DNA of 64,000 nucleotides from Candidatus Nanohaloarchaea archaeon (GCA_047617745.1 JBLGBN010000001.1:69065-133064), one strand, 5' to 3'; shown: positions 9,344 through 19,767, numbered from the stretch's first letter. Translations and numbers: made by a program. The notes: generated by a model not told the origin, from the sequence alone.

Positions 9344-11053
9344 ATGAAATTTCGCAACAAACTCGGATTTATAATAGCAGCAACAGTTTTGATTTCAGGG
9401 CTGGTATCAGCAAGCCCTGCAGCCCTAAACCTGTTCCCAGACAGCTCAAGCACACGAATTGATTCTTTTACAGCGTACGAGCTTGAAGTAGAGAACACAG
9501 GTCCGGCCAAAGACGTTTACACACTGAGTTCTTCCACTCCAGCAGAAATAACGATCGCACCACAGCAAGTCGAACTGGATTCAGGAGACTCTGAGACAGT
9601 CAATGTATGGTTCAATCCAAGAACCGACAGAGATGAAGGAACCTATTCTTTCCAGCTAACCGCCGAATCAAGAGCAAGCGGCGATCGATTCTCTGAAACC
9701 GGAACGGTAGAGATAATCAAGGACCACCAGGTCGACCTATCGGTGGAAAACTCAAAGACTGCATGCCTTGGACAGAACGCAGTATACACAGTAGAGGTTG
9801 AAAACACAGGTATTCAGCCTGAAGAGTTCTCAGTCTCATCCGACTTCGGACAGCTATCAAGGAACACTGTCAACCTTGAAGACGGAGAAACAGCAGAACT
9901 GACACTTGAAATGTCCTCACAAACACCTGTGGAGAGAAACTTCCAGGTAGTAGCAGCATCAACAACAAGCTACGCACAGGACATCGAGAACGTACAGTTC
10001 AACGCAGAGAACTGCTTCGACTCAGAAGTATCAGTAACACCTCAGAACCAGAGAACTGCAGCAGGAACAGAGGCAGAGTTCGAGGTTACAGTTGACAACC
10101 TTGGAACAAGAGCAGACGACTTCACAGTTGAAGCATCTCAGGGCGAACTTTCCGCAACAAGCTTCAATGTAGACTCTGGAGCAACAGAGACAGTAACCCT
10201 GTCAGTAACACCTGAAGAACTTGGAACAAGAGAGATCCAGGTTTCAGCTTCAGGAAACTCACAGAGCTCCGATACAGCAACACTCGAAGCCTACAACGGA
10301 ATGAACTCCGAAATTAGCTTCGAAAACGAAGCAAGAACAGTCTGTGAAGACAAATCAACAACATTCACAGCAGAAGTAGAAAACACAGGTGAAGCAGCAG
10401 AAACCTTCACACTACAGACAAGTACAGGAGAACTTCAAACTTCAGAAGTTGAACTCTCACCTGGAGACTCCGAGGAAGTCGAGGTAGAAGTCCCCGAATC
10501 AACAGAAGTTGGAACACATGAAGTCACACTAACATCAACAGCTTCAACATTCGGCGAACCTTCAGCAACATCAACCTCGACACTTACAGTTGAGAACTGC
10601 TGGGATCTAGACATGCAGGTTGTACCTGAAGTCGCAAGCGCAGGAGAAAACAGAAGCGCAATCTACAAGATCCACCTCAACAACACAGGAACAAGAGAGA
10701 ACACCTACGAACTCTCAAAGGAAGAAGGACCTGAATGGGTTTCAATCAGACCTGAAGAAGTAACAGTAGCAGCAGGACAGACAGAAACAGCCTACATCTA
10801 CGCAGGAGTCCCATTCCAGAAGAAGGGAGAGGTCAAGATCACAGCCCAAGCACAGGGAACTGACATCACAAGAAGCAAGACAGTCCAGCTCCTCATCGGA
10901 CAGGACGTAGAGGAATCAATCGAAAGCGAGAGAAACTCACTTACCGGAGGATTCATGGACAGAGTATCAGTACCTGAAGGAGAAGCAGGCAGAGCAGGAA
11001 TAGCCGTAGTAGCAGGAGCAGCAATCACAGCTGCCGTCCTCTACTTCTTCTAA
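9344..11053 (+). CDS. Cell-surface protein with tandem Ig-like (COG1470/NEW3-like) repeats and C-terminal TM anchor
   Basis: Signal peptide; repeated V(E/D)N(T/L)G..(E/D).F/Y units; hydrophobic C-terminal tail. Confidence 0.85.
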   Translation: MKFRNKLGFIIAATVLISGLVSASPAALNLFPDSSSTRIDSFTAYELEVENTGPAKDVYTLSSSTPAEITIAPQQVELDSGDSETVNVWFNPRTDRDEGTYSFQLTAESRASGDRFSETGTVEIIKDHQVDLSVENSKTACLGQNAVYTVEVENTGIQPEEFSVSSDFGQLSRNTVNLEDGETAELTLEMSSQTPVERNFQVVAASTTSYAQDIENVQFNAENCFDSEVSVTPQNQRTAAGTEAEFEVTVDNLGTRADDFTVEASQGELSATSFNVDSGATETVTLSVTPEELGTREIQVSASGNSQSSDTATLEAYNGMNSEISFENEARTVCEDKSTTFTAEVENTGEAAETFTLQTSTGELQTSEVELSPGDSEEVEVEVPESTEVGTHEVTLTSTASTFGEPSATSTSTLTVENCWDLDMQVVPEVASAGENRSAIYKIHLNNTGTRENTYELSKEEGPEWVSIRPEEVTVAAGQTETAYIYAGVPFQKKGEVKITAQAQGTDITRSKTVQLLIGQDVEESIESERNSLTGGFMDRVSVPEGEAGRAGIAVVAGAAITAAVLYFF

Positions 11054-11072
11054 CCCTTCAATTTTTTTCTCT

Positions 11073-12074
11073 TTACTTAATCTCCTCAACAAGCATCTTG
11101 GCGTTACCAACATTACTGCATTTACTGATATCAGCCGAGAACCCGATCTGGATAGGACCGGCCGCTCCCTGCGTAACCTCTATAGTACCATCCTGCTTAT
11201 AGCTGCCTGAACTTGAAAGATCAGAACTATCTACATTTCTACCTTTGAAATCTAGATTACCGCTGGAATCAGTGTACCATACACCAACCATTCCCTCCCA
11301 GTTCTCAGCCTGGAAATCGACATCTAGCTCCTTGGCAGCACCGCTTTCATACTCGCTTTCATAGTAAACCTTTCCACACCCCGAATATTCCAGAACCATC
11401 TTACCTTCATCATTTACACCATACCTGTCTGGCTCCACACTTCCTTCATACGTCCAGTCGCCATGAGGATCTCCAAGATTCGAGGAGCTCTCCATAATTT
11501 CCTTGTCCGAGCTCTCAGATCCATCTGAGTCAGAATCAGAACTATCTGATCCTGTATCTCCTTCGTTATCTGCATCACCATTAGAAGTATCTTCTTCTGA
11601 ATCATCAGAACCGGAGTCAGATCCGGAATCCTCGGTTACGTGGAGTTCGGCTGGTTCCAGAAGTTTATCAGGATTTAATCCAAAGCTAGATCCTCTTTCC
11701 TCAATACAGTCGCCGACAGTTTCAACACCTGAGGATTCACAGGAGGTTAGAGAAAGTATCATATTTGTCTCAGCAAATGTTAAGTCTCCATCTTCCCTTT
11801 CCCTATCATTGTTCAGAGCTTTCCTGGTCAACGTCAGTATATTATCAAGTCCCTCGAATCCATCACCGCTCAGCACTACATTATTCCAATCTGAACCCAC
11901 TTCTACACAGAAACTCTCAAAATTTTCTTCGCTTATATCCTGGGACTGGCAGTAATCTGTAGGGCTGAAATCGCTCCTGACATCATCCGGAGTTGAATCA
12001 GACCACATGAACAGAGCAGAAGACGAGGAAAAAAGAAGTATCAGAGCCGTTGCTGAAACAACCAGTTTCTTCAT
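11073..12074 (-). CDS. Secreted protein with S/D-rich linker
   Basis: Signal peptide; Cys pairs; SDSGSD low-complexity linker; 4-nt overlap with upstream gene. Confidence 0.75.
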   Translation of the reverse strand: MKKLVVSATALILLFSSSSALFMWSDSTPDDVRSDFSPTDYCQSQDISEENFESFCVEVGSDWNNVVLSGDGFEGLDNILTLTRKALNNDREREDGDLTFAETNMILSLTSCESSGVETVGDCIEERGSSFGLNPDKLLEPAELHVTEDSGSDSGSDDSEEDTSNGDADNEGDTGSDSSDSDSDGSESSDKEIMESSSNLGDPHGDWTYEGSVEPDRYGVNDEGKMVLEYSGCGKVYYESEYESGAAKELDVDFQAENWEGMVGVWYTDSSGNLDFKGRNVDSSDLSSSGSYKQDGTIEVTQGAAGPIQIGFSADISKCSNVGNAKMLVEEIK

Positions 12075-13189
12075 TCTACCACACAGAACTCATCGTAGTT
12101 TTCGGGGCTCTCCTCTTCTGCCCTCGGACAGTAATCGTCTGCATTGTAGTCCTCTCTGACAGAGTCAGGTGTCGAGTCGCTGAATTCATAATTAGTTGAT
12201 CCAGAACTATCGTCTGTACTTTCAGTATCTGTGGAACTGGCCTCTCCGAACCTGTCGCTTCCGGTTACCGTTACAGAAGTTGATGTTTCCTTTGAGTAGC
12301 CGTAGTCCAGAGTCATGACTATAGGTACCTCTTCCTGTGGGCCTACACCCTGTGACCATCCATCCACTCGAATATCGAAGCAACCGATACCTCTGTTTCC
12401 GAATATATTGACTATTGCGGTATTCGAGTTGTCACCTGTATCTGAGTTTGTGAAGCTAATTCTTCCCTGGTCCTGAACCCTGAGTCTTACCTTGTTTCTC
12501 TGATCTTCACCTATTTCCTCATAGTTTCCTTCCTGTGCATCTTCACTCCAGAAAGGTGTTCCCTGGCCTTCATTCCTTACTATAACACACATTTCTGATT
12601 TCCTGTCATTTCCATCGCCGGGGTAGAAGACGATAGGTGAACGGGTTCTTACCTCCATCTGAACAGGGCCGCTGGTAGTATCAAGAGTTGGTCTTGTAGG
12701 ATTGCCCTGCTCTCTGAACCGCTGCTGGTCCATGAGAGTTATGCTGGTGGTTCCCTGGGTCTCGTAATTATAGAATATCTCCGTCATGAACTGATACGGA
12801 ATTGTGACTCCGTCCTCAAGGCTTGGAGCTTCAAGGCTCCAGAACTCGGTTGTTTCTCTGGCCGGGAGATTTGCCTCCGGATCAGCCGGTTCAAGTGTTC
12901 CGAAACTGACAGTTCTCCCATCGTTTAGATCCCAGGAACTATCCCCTGAGAAAGGAACATTAAACAGTCTTGCCTCCACATTTTGAGCGGTTGCTTCACC
13001 GTTGTTCTGAAGTGTTAGCTCCAGTCTGACATTCTGGTTGTTGTAAACATCTGTTGGAAAAGCCGAAAAATTATTTATCGAAACGCTAGAAGATGTAGCC
13101 TGGTTTGTACTGGTGCTTGCTGTGTGCGCACACCCTGAAGCTATTACGACAAGTGATAGTACTGCTAAAATATTCTTATTCTCGATCAT
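12071..13189 (-). CDS. Lipoprotein (ASGC lipobox), Ig-like, paralogue 3
   Basis: LSLVVIASGC; IFYNYETQG...TSGPVQM...LDYGY. Confidence 0.8.
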   Translation of the reverse strand: MIENKNILAVLSLVVIASGCAHTASTSTNQATSSSVSINNFSAFPTDVYNNQNVRLELTLQNNGEATAQNVEARLFNVPFSGDSSWDLNDGRTVSFGTLEPADPEANLPARETTEFWSLEAPSLEDGVTIPYQFMTEIFYNYETQGTTSITLMDQQRFREQGNPTRPTLDTTSGPVQMEVRTRSPIVFYPGDGNDRKSEMCVIVRNEGQGTPFWSEDAQEGNYEEIGEDQRNKVRLRVQDQGRISFTNSDTGDNSNTAIVNIFGNRGIGCFDIRVDGWSQGVGPQEEVPIVMTLDYGYSKETSTSVTVTGSDRFGEASSTDTESTDDSSGSTNYEFSDSTPDSVREDYNADDYCPRAEEESPENYDEFCVVE

Positions 13190-14001
13190 TAGCGGTTAAC
13201 AACCTCTACATCAAGTGTTGGCGCTTTGACGTATTTATAAGATGTGGAAATCACTAGGTTCCTTGTCTGAGAATTCTCCGCCTGAGGGTCTATACTGCAG
13301 GAAAATTCGGCTTCCTGTTCCACTAGCGGCTCTTTCTCTGAAGGGCAGCTGGCGAAAACATCCTCAGGGAAGTATTCGAAAGTATAGTTTGAATCAACTC
13401 GCCCGTTACCTGCGCCTCTTACCGTAATTGTCACGGGAGCTCCCTCAAACTGTACAGGGCTCTCTGTACTTATATCCATCTGCACTTCGCCGTTAGAGAA
13501 GCTCTCTTCAACATTATTGGTTTGCTCTATTTCGTCAAGCGGTTTGAAATGGATTTTTACAGGCTGTTTCGAATTCGAGATATAGGAGTTGTAGGCGAGG
13601 TTAAGTTTAACAGGTATAGTCTTCGAATCGAAGTTTTCAAACTCCTCCTCGGGAGCTGTAATCCGCCAGCTGCACTCAACTGTAGGTATATAGTCTTCTC
13701 TGGCGCCATCTATCTCTGAGGAAGACGGTGTACAGCCCTGTTTTTCCACCTCTAGAACTCCAGTGTTGTAGAGCGAGATATCATCTATCTGGATGCTTTG
13801 ATCCTGATAATTTTCCAGGCTCAGCGTTATTAATCCTTGCTGGCCCGGGCTAAGAGCCTTATCTGATATATCGAAAGTAGATATCTGCAAACCCTGTCCA
13901 GAAGATCCTGGGCCTTGAGCCGGCGGGGTTATCTGTGAAGATGTATGCATACATCCGGACGCAACCACCACCAGCCCCAGAGCGATAAACTTTTTATCCA
14001 C
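13189..14001 (-). CDS. Lipoprotein (ASGC lipobox), paralogue 2
   Basis: GTG start at 14001 overlapping the upstream stop; LGLVVVASGC; LAYNS...SNGEVQM...TSYKY. Confidence 0.8.
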   Translation of the reverse strand: MDKKFIALGLVVVASGCMHTSSQITPPAQGPGSSGQGLQISTFDISDKALSPGQQGLITLSLENYQDQSIQIDDISLYNTGVLEVEKQGCTPSSSEIDGAREDYIPTVECSWRITAPEEEFENFDSKTIPVKLNLAYNSYISNSKQPVKIHFKPLDEIEQTNNVEESFSNGEVQMDISTESPVQFEGAPVTITVRGAGNGRVDSNYTFEYFPEDVFASCPSEKEPLVEQEAEFSCSIDPQAENSQTRNLVISTSYKYVKAPTLDVEVVNR

Positions 14002-14968
14002 GTGTATCCACCTGTACTGTTCTTTCACCTGCATTTTTGATGTATGTGTAATCAACCCCTGCAGTTATCTCCGAAAGTACGCTTGGCTGATCGAAATCTT
14101 CCGGAACAGGGATATTGCACTGTATCGTCACGCTTCTCCCCTGGTACATTCGGAAATCTGCGTCAGGCATTTCACACCTTGTACCACTGTAACCTTCAGA
14201 AGTCCATTCGCCGTTCTCCACTCTTTCATCAAGATTCAATGGCTCGGAAGCCTGGATGTAAAATGAATCCTCCTGAATCTCTACTAGACCTTTTCGGTAC
14301 TCCTCCTGTGGTTCCTCATTAACCAGCTGGATCAGCAACTGGATCCTGTTATCTCCATCTTCCGCCGCGATATAAGTTCCTGGACGGCCAGTAGCTCCAG
14401 CGAGGGTGTCAAGAGACATAACCAGTGGTCCGCTCGAAGACTCTGAGTTCAGCTGGGGTGACCCCTGAGTATTTCTATCCTGCTTTATTTGAACCTGCCT
14501 ATAGGCCTCAACACTGTAGTTAAACGGGACGGAGAACGATAACCTGCATCTCTTGCCTATTAGAGGTACATTACCTTCCTGTTCAAGCAGCCACCTGATG
14601 TCTATTTTCTCTCCAGGTTCAAGCGAATATTTGGCTCCTTTATCCTGACGGGTTTCAGTAGTTGTCGAGGTTGATGCAGAAAACCTCTGATGGTTATTAT
14701 TGAATATATCCGGACAGTAATCAGTAAGCATTCGGGTCCCGTTCTCGCCTACAAGGACTTCAGCTGGCAAGTTACCTGAATTATAAGCAGTTAAAGAAGC
14801 TCTTACATTCTGTCCCTCGTATATCTCTGTTGGGTTAACCTCTAGGCTCTGTATGGTGACTGACTCCGGTCCCTCAGTGACCGTTGTCTCCTCCCCAGAA
14901 GCGTGAAGACATCCGGATGCGACTACAGCAAGGAACAACAGAGTTAAAACCGTGGTATCCCTTTCCAT
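13994..14968 (-). CDS. Lipoprotein (ASGC lipobox), paralogue 1
   Basis: LFLAVVASGC; VPFNYSVEA...SSGPLVM...VDYTY. Confidence 0.8.
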   Translation of the reverse strand: MERDTTVLTLLFLAVVASGCLHASGEETTVTEGPESVTIQSLEVNPTEIYEGQNVRASLTAYNSGNLPAEVLVGENGTRMLTDYCPDIFNNNHQRFSASTSTTTETRQDKGAKYSLEPGEKIDIRWLLEQEGNVPLIGKRCRLSFSVPFNYSVEAYRQVQIKQDRNTQGSPQLNSESSSGPLVMSLDTLAGATGRPGTYIAAEDGDNRIQLLIQLVNEEPQEEYRKGLVEIQEDSFYIQASEPLNLDERVENGEWTSEGYSGTRCEMPDADFRMYQGRSVTIQCNIPVPEDFDQPSVLSEITAGVDYTYIKNAGERTVQVDTRG

Positions 14969-14974
14969 ACAATA

Positions 14975-15787
14975 ATGAGTTTGTTTAGCGGGGTTAAAAG
15001 CTTTTTACTGCAGAAGTTCTGGCTGCCGATAGTCGACGAAACAGTTTTCTACAACCCGTTTAACACCGCTGTCTACTCAGCTGTGTTCGCCCTCGCAGCC
15101 GCCTACATCGGTTATCCAACAATCAAGAAACTGAATATCGATCTCAACAGAGAGTTCTTCATCGGGGTCGCTCCCTTTGTATTTCTGGGTGGGTCAATCC
15201 GGTCTCTAAAAGATATCAACGCTTTGGAAACTATACTATTGGAAACGCCGTTTATCTATTTCCTGATGTTTGGGCTGGTAGTTGGATCTATAGTTTTATC
15301 CCGGAAAATTTCCAGCAGAACAGAAAAATCTTACCACAGAATACTCTCCGGAATAGGAATTTTTCTGCTCCTTGGCTCACTCAGCTTCTACTCTATAAAC
15401 AATTTCACAGGTTTCACAGCTATAGTAGCAGTGTTAGGTGTAACAGCTGTAGCCGGTTATAGCCTGCTCAAACTTTTCAAGCCCGAACTTCTGGAGCCGG
15501 AGTTCTACATACCGATCTTCTCACATTACTTTGATGCTGCGATTACAGGTGTAGCACTGATGTTCCCTGGGACAGCGGAAAAACATGTTCTAGCACGTCT
15601 TTTCATAGATATTTTTGGGTCGCTGGGAGGGATGTTTCTGATGAAAACAATAATCATTGTGCCTGCTGTCTATTACATAATTCAGAATGTAGATGGGGAC
15701 GAGAAAATGTATTATCTATTCCTGATCTCGGTTCTAGGATTTGCTATAGGGACGAGAAACATTCTTTCGTTCATCACCCTTTCCTAG
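14975..15787 (+). CDS. DUF63 family membrane protein
   Basis: YNPFNTAVY, PFVFLGGSIR, TPFIYF, HYFDA, EKHVL, G.A.GTRN. Confidence 0.8.
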   Translation: MSLFSGVKSFLLQKFWLPIVDETVFYNPFNTAVYSAVFALAAAYIGYPTIKKLNIDLNREFFIGVAPFVFLGGSIRSLKDINALETILLETPFIYFLMFGLVVGSIVLSRKISSRTEKSYHRILSGIGIFLLLGSLSFYSINNFTGFTAIVAVLGVTAVAGYSLLKLFKPELLEPEFYIPIFSHYFDAAITGVALMFPGTAEKHVLARLFIDIFGSLGGMFLMKTIIIVPAVYYIIQNVDGDEKMYYLFLISVLGFAIGTRNILSFITLS

Positions 15788-18579
15788 TCGGGCATACATC
15801 TCAGGCTTTCAGTGGAGGGGTCGTAAAGTCTGAAAGTGCTGCACTGTGACTGTTCCTCTTCAAATGTATCTGATATCTTCGAATAAGTCCCTCTAACCGC
15901 AATCTCTGTCAAGTAGGCAAACGGTCCGAAGGATAATGATGCCGTGCTACTATCGGCTGCGGCCTGTGCGTAATCCGACCCTTCAAGATTTTGATTGCAG
16001 TCCAGCGCAACAGGGCTGAAACTGATGAGCTTGTCACCAGCAGACATTAAGTTGTTTATGAAGTAATCTCTATAATCTTCTACATTGGCGCGGTTGTTGC
16101 ATACAATATACTCAAGTTCCTGTATCTCAACGTCACGGCTATCTCCTGTTTGGACAGAGACAACTGCAACCCCCTTTGAATCTCCCTCTACAGCACTATT
16201 CTGAAGTCTTTTCTTTTCTGACTCGGTTAAACCAATAGCTGATTCGCCCTCCGAGTAATCAAACTCTCCGGTGTCTAAATCAATATAGTCAAAAGCCTCG
16301 GGATCTACGGCAATCTCTCCCCTAGCCAGCCGGGAGTCCAACATATCGTCTCCTGTAAGCATGTTTTGCTGTATCCGCGACCAGTCGCCGTCCCCTTTAA
16401 CAACGCTGCATCCTGCTGTTTCCCCAGATCTGCCTGCATCAGGTCCGTCACACGTGTATTTCCAGTTATCAGAGTCTTCCTGATTGTTGGCGAAACTCTC
16501 TGTAACCAGTAGAGGGCAGTTAATGCCTGCGTTAGCACAGCGGGTATTAAGAACTCTGAACCTTTCCAGTGGCTCATTAAGCTTTACAGTATAGTTTGAC
16601 TCTACGCCCATCGTCAAAGTCTCCCCTTCAGGACTGATTTCGGCAGGATTACTGAGCTGCATGGTACATCCAAAGAAGGGCGGGTTGTTAGTTGAGTCAA
16701 ACCATCTGGCTCCTCCGCCATGATCTTTCAATATATTCGAAGATTCACCGCTAGGCTTCAGAATGTTCTCCCTATCGGACTGATTAAGTCGGCAGTTCTG
16801 TGCGTTTTCGACCTTTTCGACTGCAGAGGATTTCCGAACTCTCAGCTCCTTTATCTGATACTCTACGTTGCTCTCTTCAGTGTAAAGACTTGCTCTCATA
16901 GAGAACGGCTGCGCTGCTGTATCTTCACTTCCAGTCTGGAGGGTGTCCTGGTTGTAAACAACCGGCGAGTTAACATTTAGAGCTGATTTAACCGGTGTGT
17001 CAGCGGTCTCGGACTCCTTCCAGCTCTTCTCAATATCAGGGTTTGATATCAGGGTTTCCTGTGCCATAGCATCAAAGTAAAGCGTGGCCTGGGAGAAATA
17101 GTCATACTTCACATCCAGTATAACTGTTCTCGTCTGTCCAGCGCCCGGCTGAAGCATACCGCAGTCCTCAAGCGTGAAGTCATTAATTGTGAGGAATCCT
17201 GTAGTCGCTGCAGTTCCAGGATAGAGATCGTTCCCCGAGAACTTTCCATCACGACTGCTAATATTATATCCATCTATAGGCTTCCAGTTAGTATCACAGA
17301 ACGGATCGTTACGGCCTCTATCGAAGTCTATAACCCTTATTCTGTAGCTGACGTTATATGCATTAATCCCTTTAAGGCCGTTTCTGGAGTTGGATAATCC
17401 AAATGATACCGGGATTTCGTAATCCCTGTTTTTGTAGGCTATATCCAGCCGGTTGCCAGACCCTACCTCCAGTCTGTCAATATCTAATAGATACTGTTCG
17501 CCTACAGATTCCGAGCCGGGATTCCTAGTATTGTTAAGCCTCCAGGCCCTCAAGCAGGCAGGACCCTCCAAAAGACAGTAAACACGCTGCCGAGCCTCTA
17601 TAACAGGATCCATGTACTGCTCCATGTTTATCTGAATACCAGCGACATAGCGGTCAGCTACTTCTCCACCGACATAGTTACCATAGTCAGAACCTAAACC
17701 TAGGGCGGCCGTTACAGGTCCAAGAACTACAGGAGCTAATAATTGTAAATAGAAGATAAAGAAACCGAGTACTAAAATAAGCTGCAGTACAAACACCACC
17801 GCCGCTGCAACGACAATTGCTATTGCAGCCCAACCGGCCGGGTTGGAAGCGACTGCTGCAGCTTCACCAGCGGCTGCGCCAGCTGCTTCTGCGCCTGCAG
17901 CATCCATTCCGAAAACCTCAGCTAACTCACCTATTACGGCCTCCATGTCAGCTGACAAGAGGCCTTCTTCAGAGGCGGTGGAGGCAGCTCCTTCTGTATT
18001 AACTTGTATCTCATTATATACTCCGCGAGCCTTCTCAGCTGTTTCCTTAGCCGTACCCGCAGCCCCTACAGCGCCTTCGGCCATAGATGTTAGCTCTCCA
18101 CCGGTATCCGGCATTTCTCGTTGTGCTATGCTTCCGCCCAATGCAGACTTTATAGCCAAAATTAACAATGTTAGAACTCCTGAACCCAGCACAATCAAAC
18201 CTAAGCTGAATACAGTTCCAATCCAGAAACTAGGATTGAGAGGTTGCATAGAGCTTAAGGGGAAAAGGAAAAAAGCAAAGATGGCGCCGTTCAATAGCTG
18301 TACGGAGACTGCCAGCTTTTTATTTCTCTTAAACTTATTATAGCCACCACTAAAAAAATGCCCAATCTCAGAGGTTACAACTCCAAGTGTATGTAAGGGT
18401 AATTGAATAAATAACCACACTGGTACACGGATTGCCAAGTATATAACTATCAAATCGACCTTTATACATAATTTAACGTACTTCCAACCAAGGAAAAGGA
18501 TAGGAACCCATACAAAACCGCCTATGGGAATTGTTAGAATCATTAAAATTAGGAGGCCTATTAACTTCCCTGTATCCAC
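15784..18579 (-). CDS. Large membrane protein: N-terminal TMs, Ala-rich helices, extracellular Cys-rich Ig-like region
   Basis: 931-aa ORF; GTG start 6 nt after GGTGA; VKYDYFSQA...TADTPVKS resembles the lipoprotein motif. Confidence 0.8.
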   Translation of the reverse strand: MDTGKLIGLLILMILTIPIGGFVWVPILFLGWKYVKLCIKVDLIVIYLAIRVPVWLFIQLPLHTLGVVTSEIGHFFSGGYNKFKRNKKLAVSVQLLNGAIFAFFLFPLSSMQPLNPSFWIGTVFSLGLIVLGSGVLTLLILAIKSALGGSIAQREMPDTGGELTSMAEGAVGAAGTAKETAEKARGVYNEIQVNTEGAASTASEEGLLSADMEAVIGELAEVFGMDAAGAEAAGAAAGEAAAVASNPAGWAAIAIVVAAAVVFVLQLILVLGFFIFYLQLLAPVVLGPVTAALGLGSDYGNYVGGEVADRYVAGIQINMEQYMDPVIEARQRVYCLLEGPACLRAWRLNNTRNPGSESVGEQYLLDIDRLEVGSGNRLDIAYKNRDYEIPVSFGLSNSRNGLKGINAYNVSYRIRVIDFDRGRNDPFCDTNWKPIDGYNISSRDGKFSGNDLYPGTAATTGFLTINDFTLEDCGMLQPGAGQTRTVILDVKYDYFSQATLYFDAMAQETLISNPDIEKSWKESETADTPVKSALNVNSPVVYNQDTLQTGSEDTAAQPFSMRASLYTEESNVEYQIKELRVRKSSAVEKVENAQNCRLNQSDRENILKPSGESSNILKDHGGGARWFDSTNNPPFFGCTMQLSNPAEISPEGETLTMGVESNYTVKLNEPLERFRVLNTRCANAGINCPLLVTESFANNQEDSDNWKYTCDGPDAGRSGETAGCSVVKGDGDWSRIQQNMLTGDDMLDSRLARGEIAVDPEAFDYIDLDTGEFDYSEGESAIGLTESEKKRLQNSAVEGDSKGVAVVSVQTGDSRDVEIQELEYIVCNNRANVEDYRDYFINNLMSAGDKLISFSPVALDCNQNLEGSDYAQAAADSSTASLSFGPFAYLTEIAVRGTYSKISDTFEEEQSQCSTFRLYDPSTESLRCMPD

Positions 18580-19715
18580 TATTCTTCACCTTCTGTGTAA
18601 ACCCTCAAATTATCCAGCTGATACGTCCCGTTGCTTCTGAACGAGAACGTGTTTTCCCCCTGTATAACATCTTCTTCCAGTTCAATAGTGTTTTCCCCGT
18701 TCTCAGGATTCATTGTCTCACTGTAATCGTTAAGACGGATATTCACTGGCCTAGGGGACGGAAGAAGATTCTGGTATTCGAAACTGATGTACTCCGAAGT
18801 GTCCTCCTGATTCGCCAGATCCAACTGGTCATCGTTCAGCTCGAAATCAAACTCTATGTTCTGTCTCTCAACATTTCCTATGTACCTCATTGTCATCTGG
18901 GCGTTCTCTATGTTGTATTCCGAAGGCCGATCTGTCGAGAAAGTGATCTGGTTTGAGCCAGGATCAAGATTTGCGTTACGCGGAGTGATCTCCACTTCCT
19001 CCTGTGATCGGACCTGATCTTTCGAGTAAACCGTCTGGTCATTAATGGTTATTTCAAGAGGCGATGTCTTGATCGAATCGGTTATAGTAAACGTTAGCGG
19101 ACTCTCGACATAGTCTTCAAGCTCGTAACTGTAGATCTGGAAGTTATCTTCGTAGTCGTGGAACTTTCTATCATTAACTCTAGCTTCAACCTCCTCTAGA
19201 GCATAATTTGTAGAACCGAAGAACGATTCTCTCTCAACTCCTATCTCGAACCGGTTTATACCTGTTTTCAGAGCGCTTCTCGGTACTTCAACCCGCGGCG
19301 ATCCCGTAGCGATAAGCGGTTCGGAGAAAAGCCTCTGACCATTAACTTCCACGTAAACACTTCCCTGACCTTCTCTACCGAGCACCTCAAAAGTAACATT
19401 ACCTGTTCTTGGCTGCGTGGCGTTGTAACGGAATACTATATTTTCTCCGCCGAAGAGGCTGTCACTTATAGACGCCTCCTCGTTTCTGTAAGCCCTGATA
19501 TTGCCTCTAGCTTCTCCAACTGTAAAATCACCGAACTCGATTACTCTGTCGTCCGGGTTGGATTCACCCAGTTTTCCGTAACTCTTGTCAACAAATACAC
19601 TTTCAGTATCCTGAGATTCACCGGTTAGAAAACCTCCATCAGCGCTGTTAGCTACGAATACAAGTCCGAAAACTGCGATACCTATCGCCACTACTACGCC
19701 GAACTTCTCCTCCAT
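18579..19715 (-). CDS. Membrane-anchored beta-rich secreted protein
   Basis: Start reassigned to ATG 19715 (MEEKFGVVVAIGIAVFGLVF); the longer ORF overlaps pelota. Confidence 0.75.
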   Translation of the reverse strand: MEEKFGVVVAIGIAVFGLVFVANSADGGFLTGESQDTESVFVDKSYGKLGESNPDDRVIEFGDFTVGEARGNIRAYRNEEASISDSLFGGENIVFRYNATQPRTGNVTFEVLGREGQGSVYVEVNGQRLFSEPLIATGSPRVEVPRSALKTGINRFEIGVERESFFGSTNYALEEVEARVNDRKFHDYEDNFQIYSYELEDYVESPLTFTITDSIKTSPLEITINDQTVYSKDQVRSQEEVEITPRNANLDPGSNQITFSTDRPSEYNIENAQMTMRYIGNVERQNIEFDFELNDDQLDLANQEDTSEYISFEYQNLLPSPRPVNIRLNDYSETMNPENGENTIELEEDVIQGENTFSFRSNGTYQLDNLRVYTEGEE

Positions 19716-19767
19716 GCATTTACCTGAGTTTTCTAGGTTTTTATTTGTAGGTCGACCTTTCTGCTCT

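Noticed and set aside
9344..11053. Recurring DNA similarity suggesting a CRISPR or repeat array
   Set aside because: Degenerate coding repeats of Ig-like domains; no identical repeats with unique spacers
17843..18343. Ser/Ala-rich opposite-strand ORFs here and throughout the ORF track
   Set aside because: Antisense shadows of acidic or Ala-rich real genes, with no recognisable motifs
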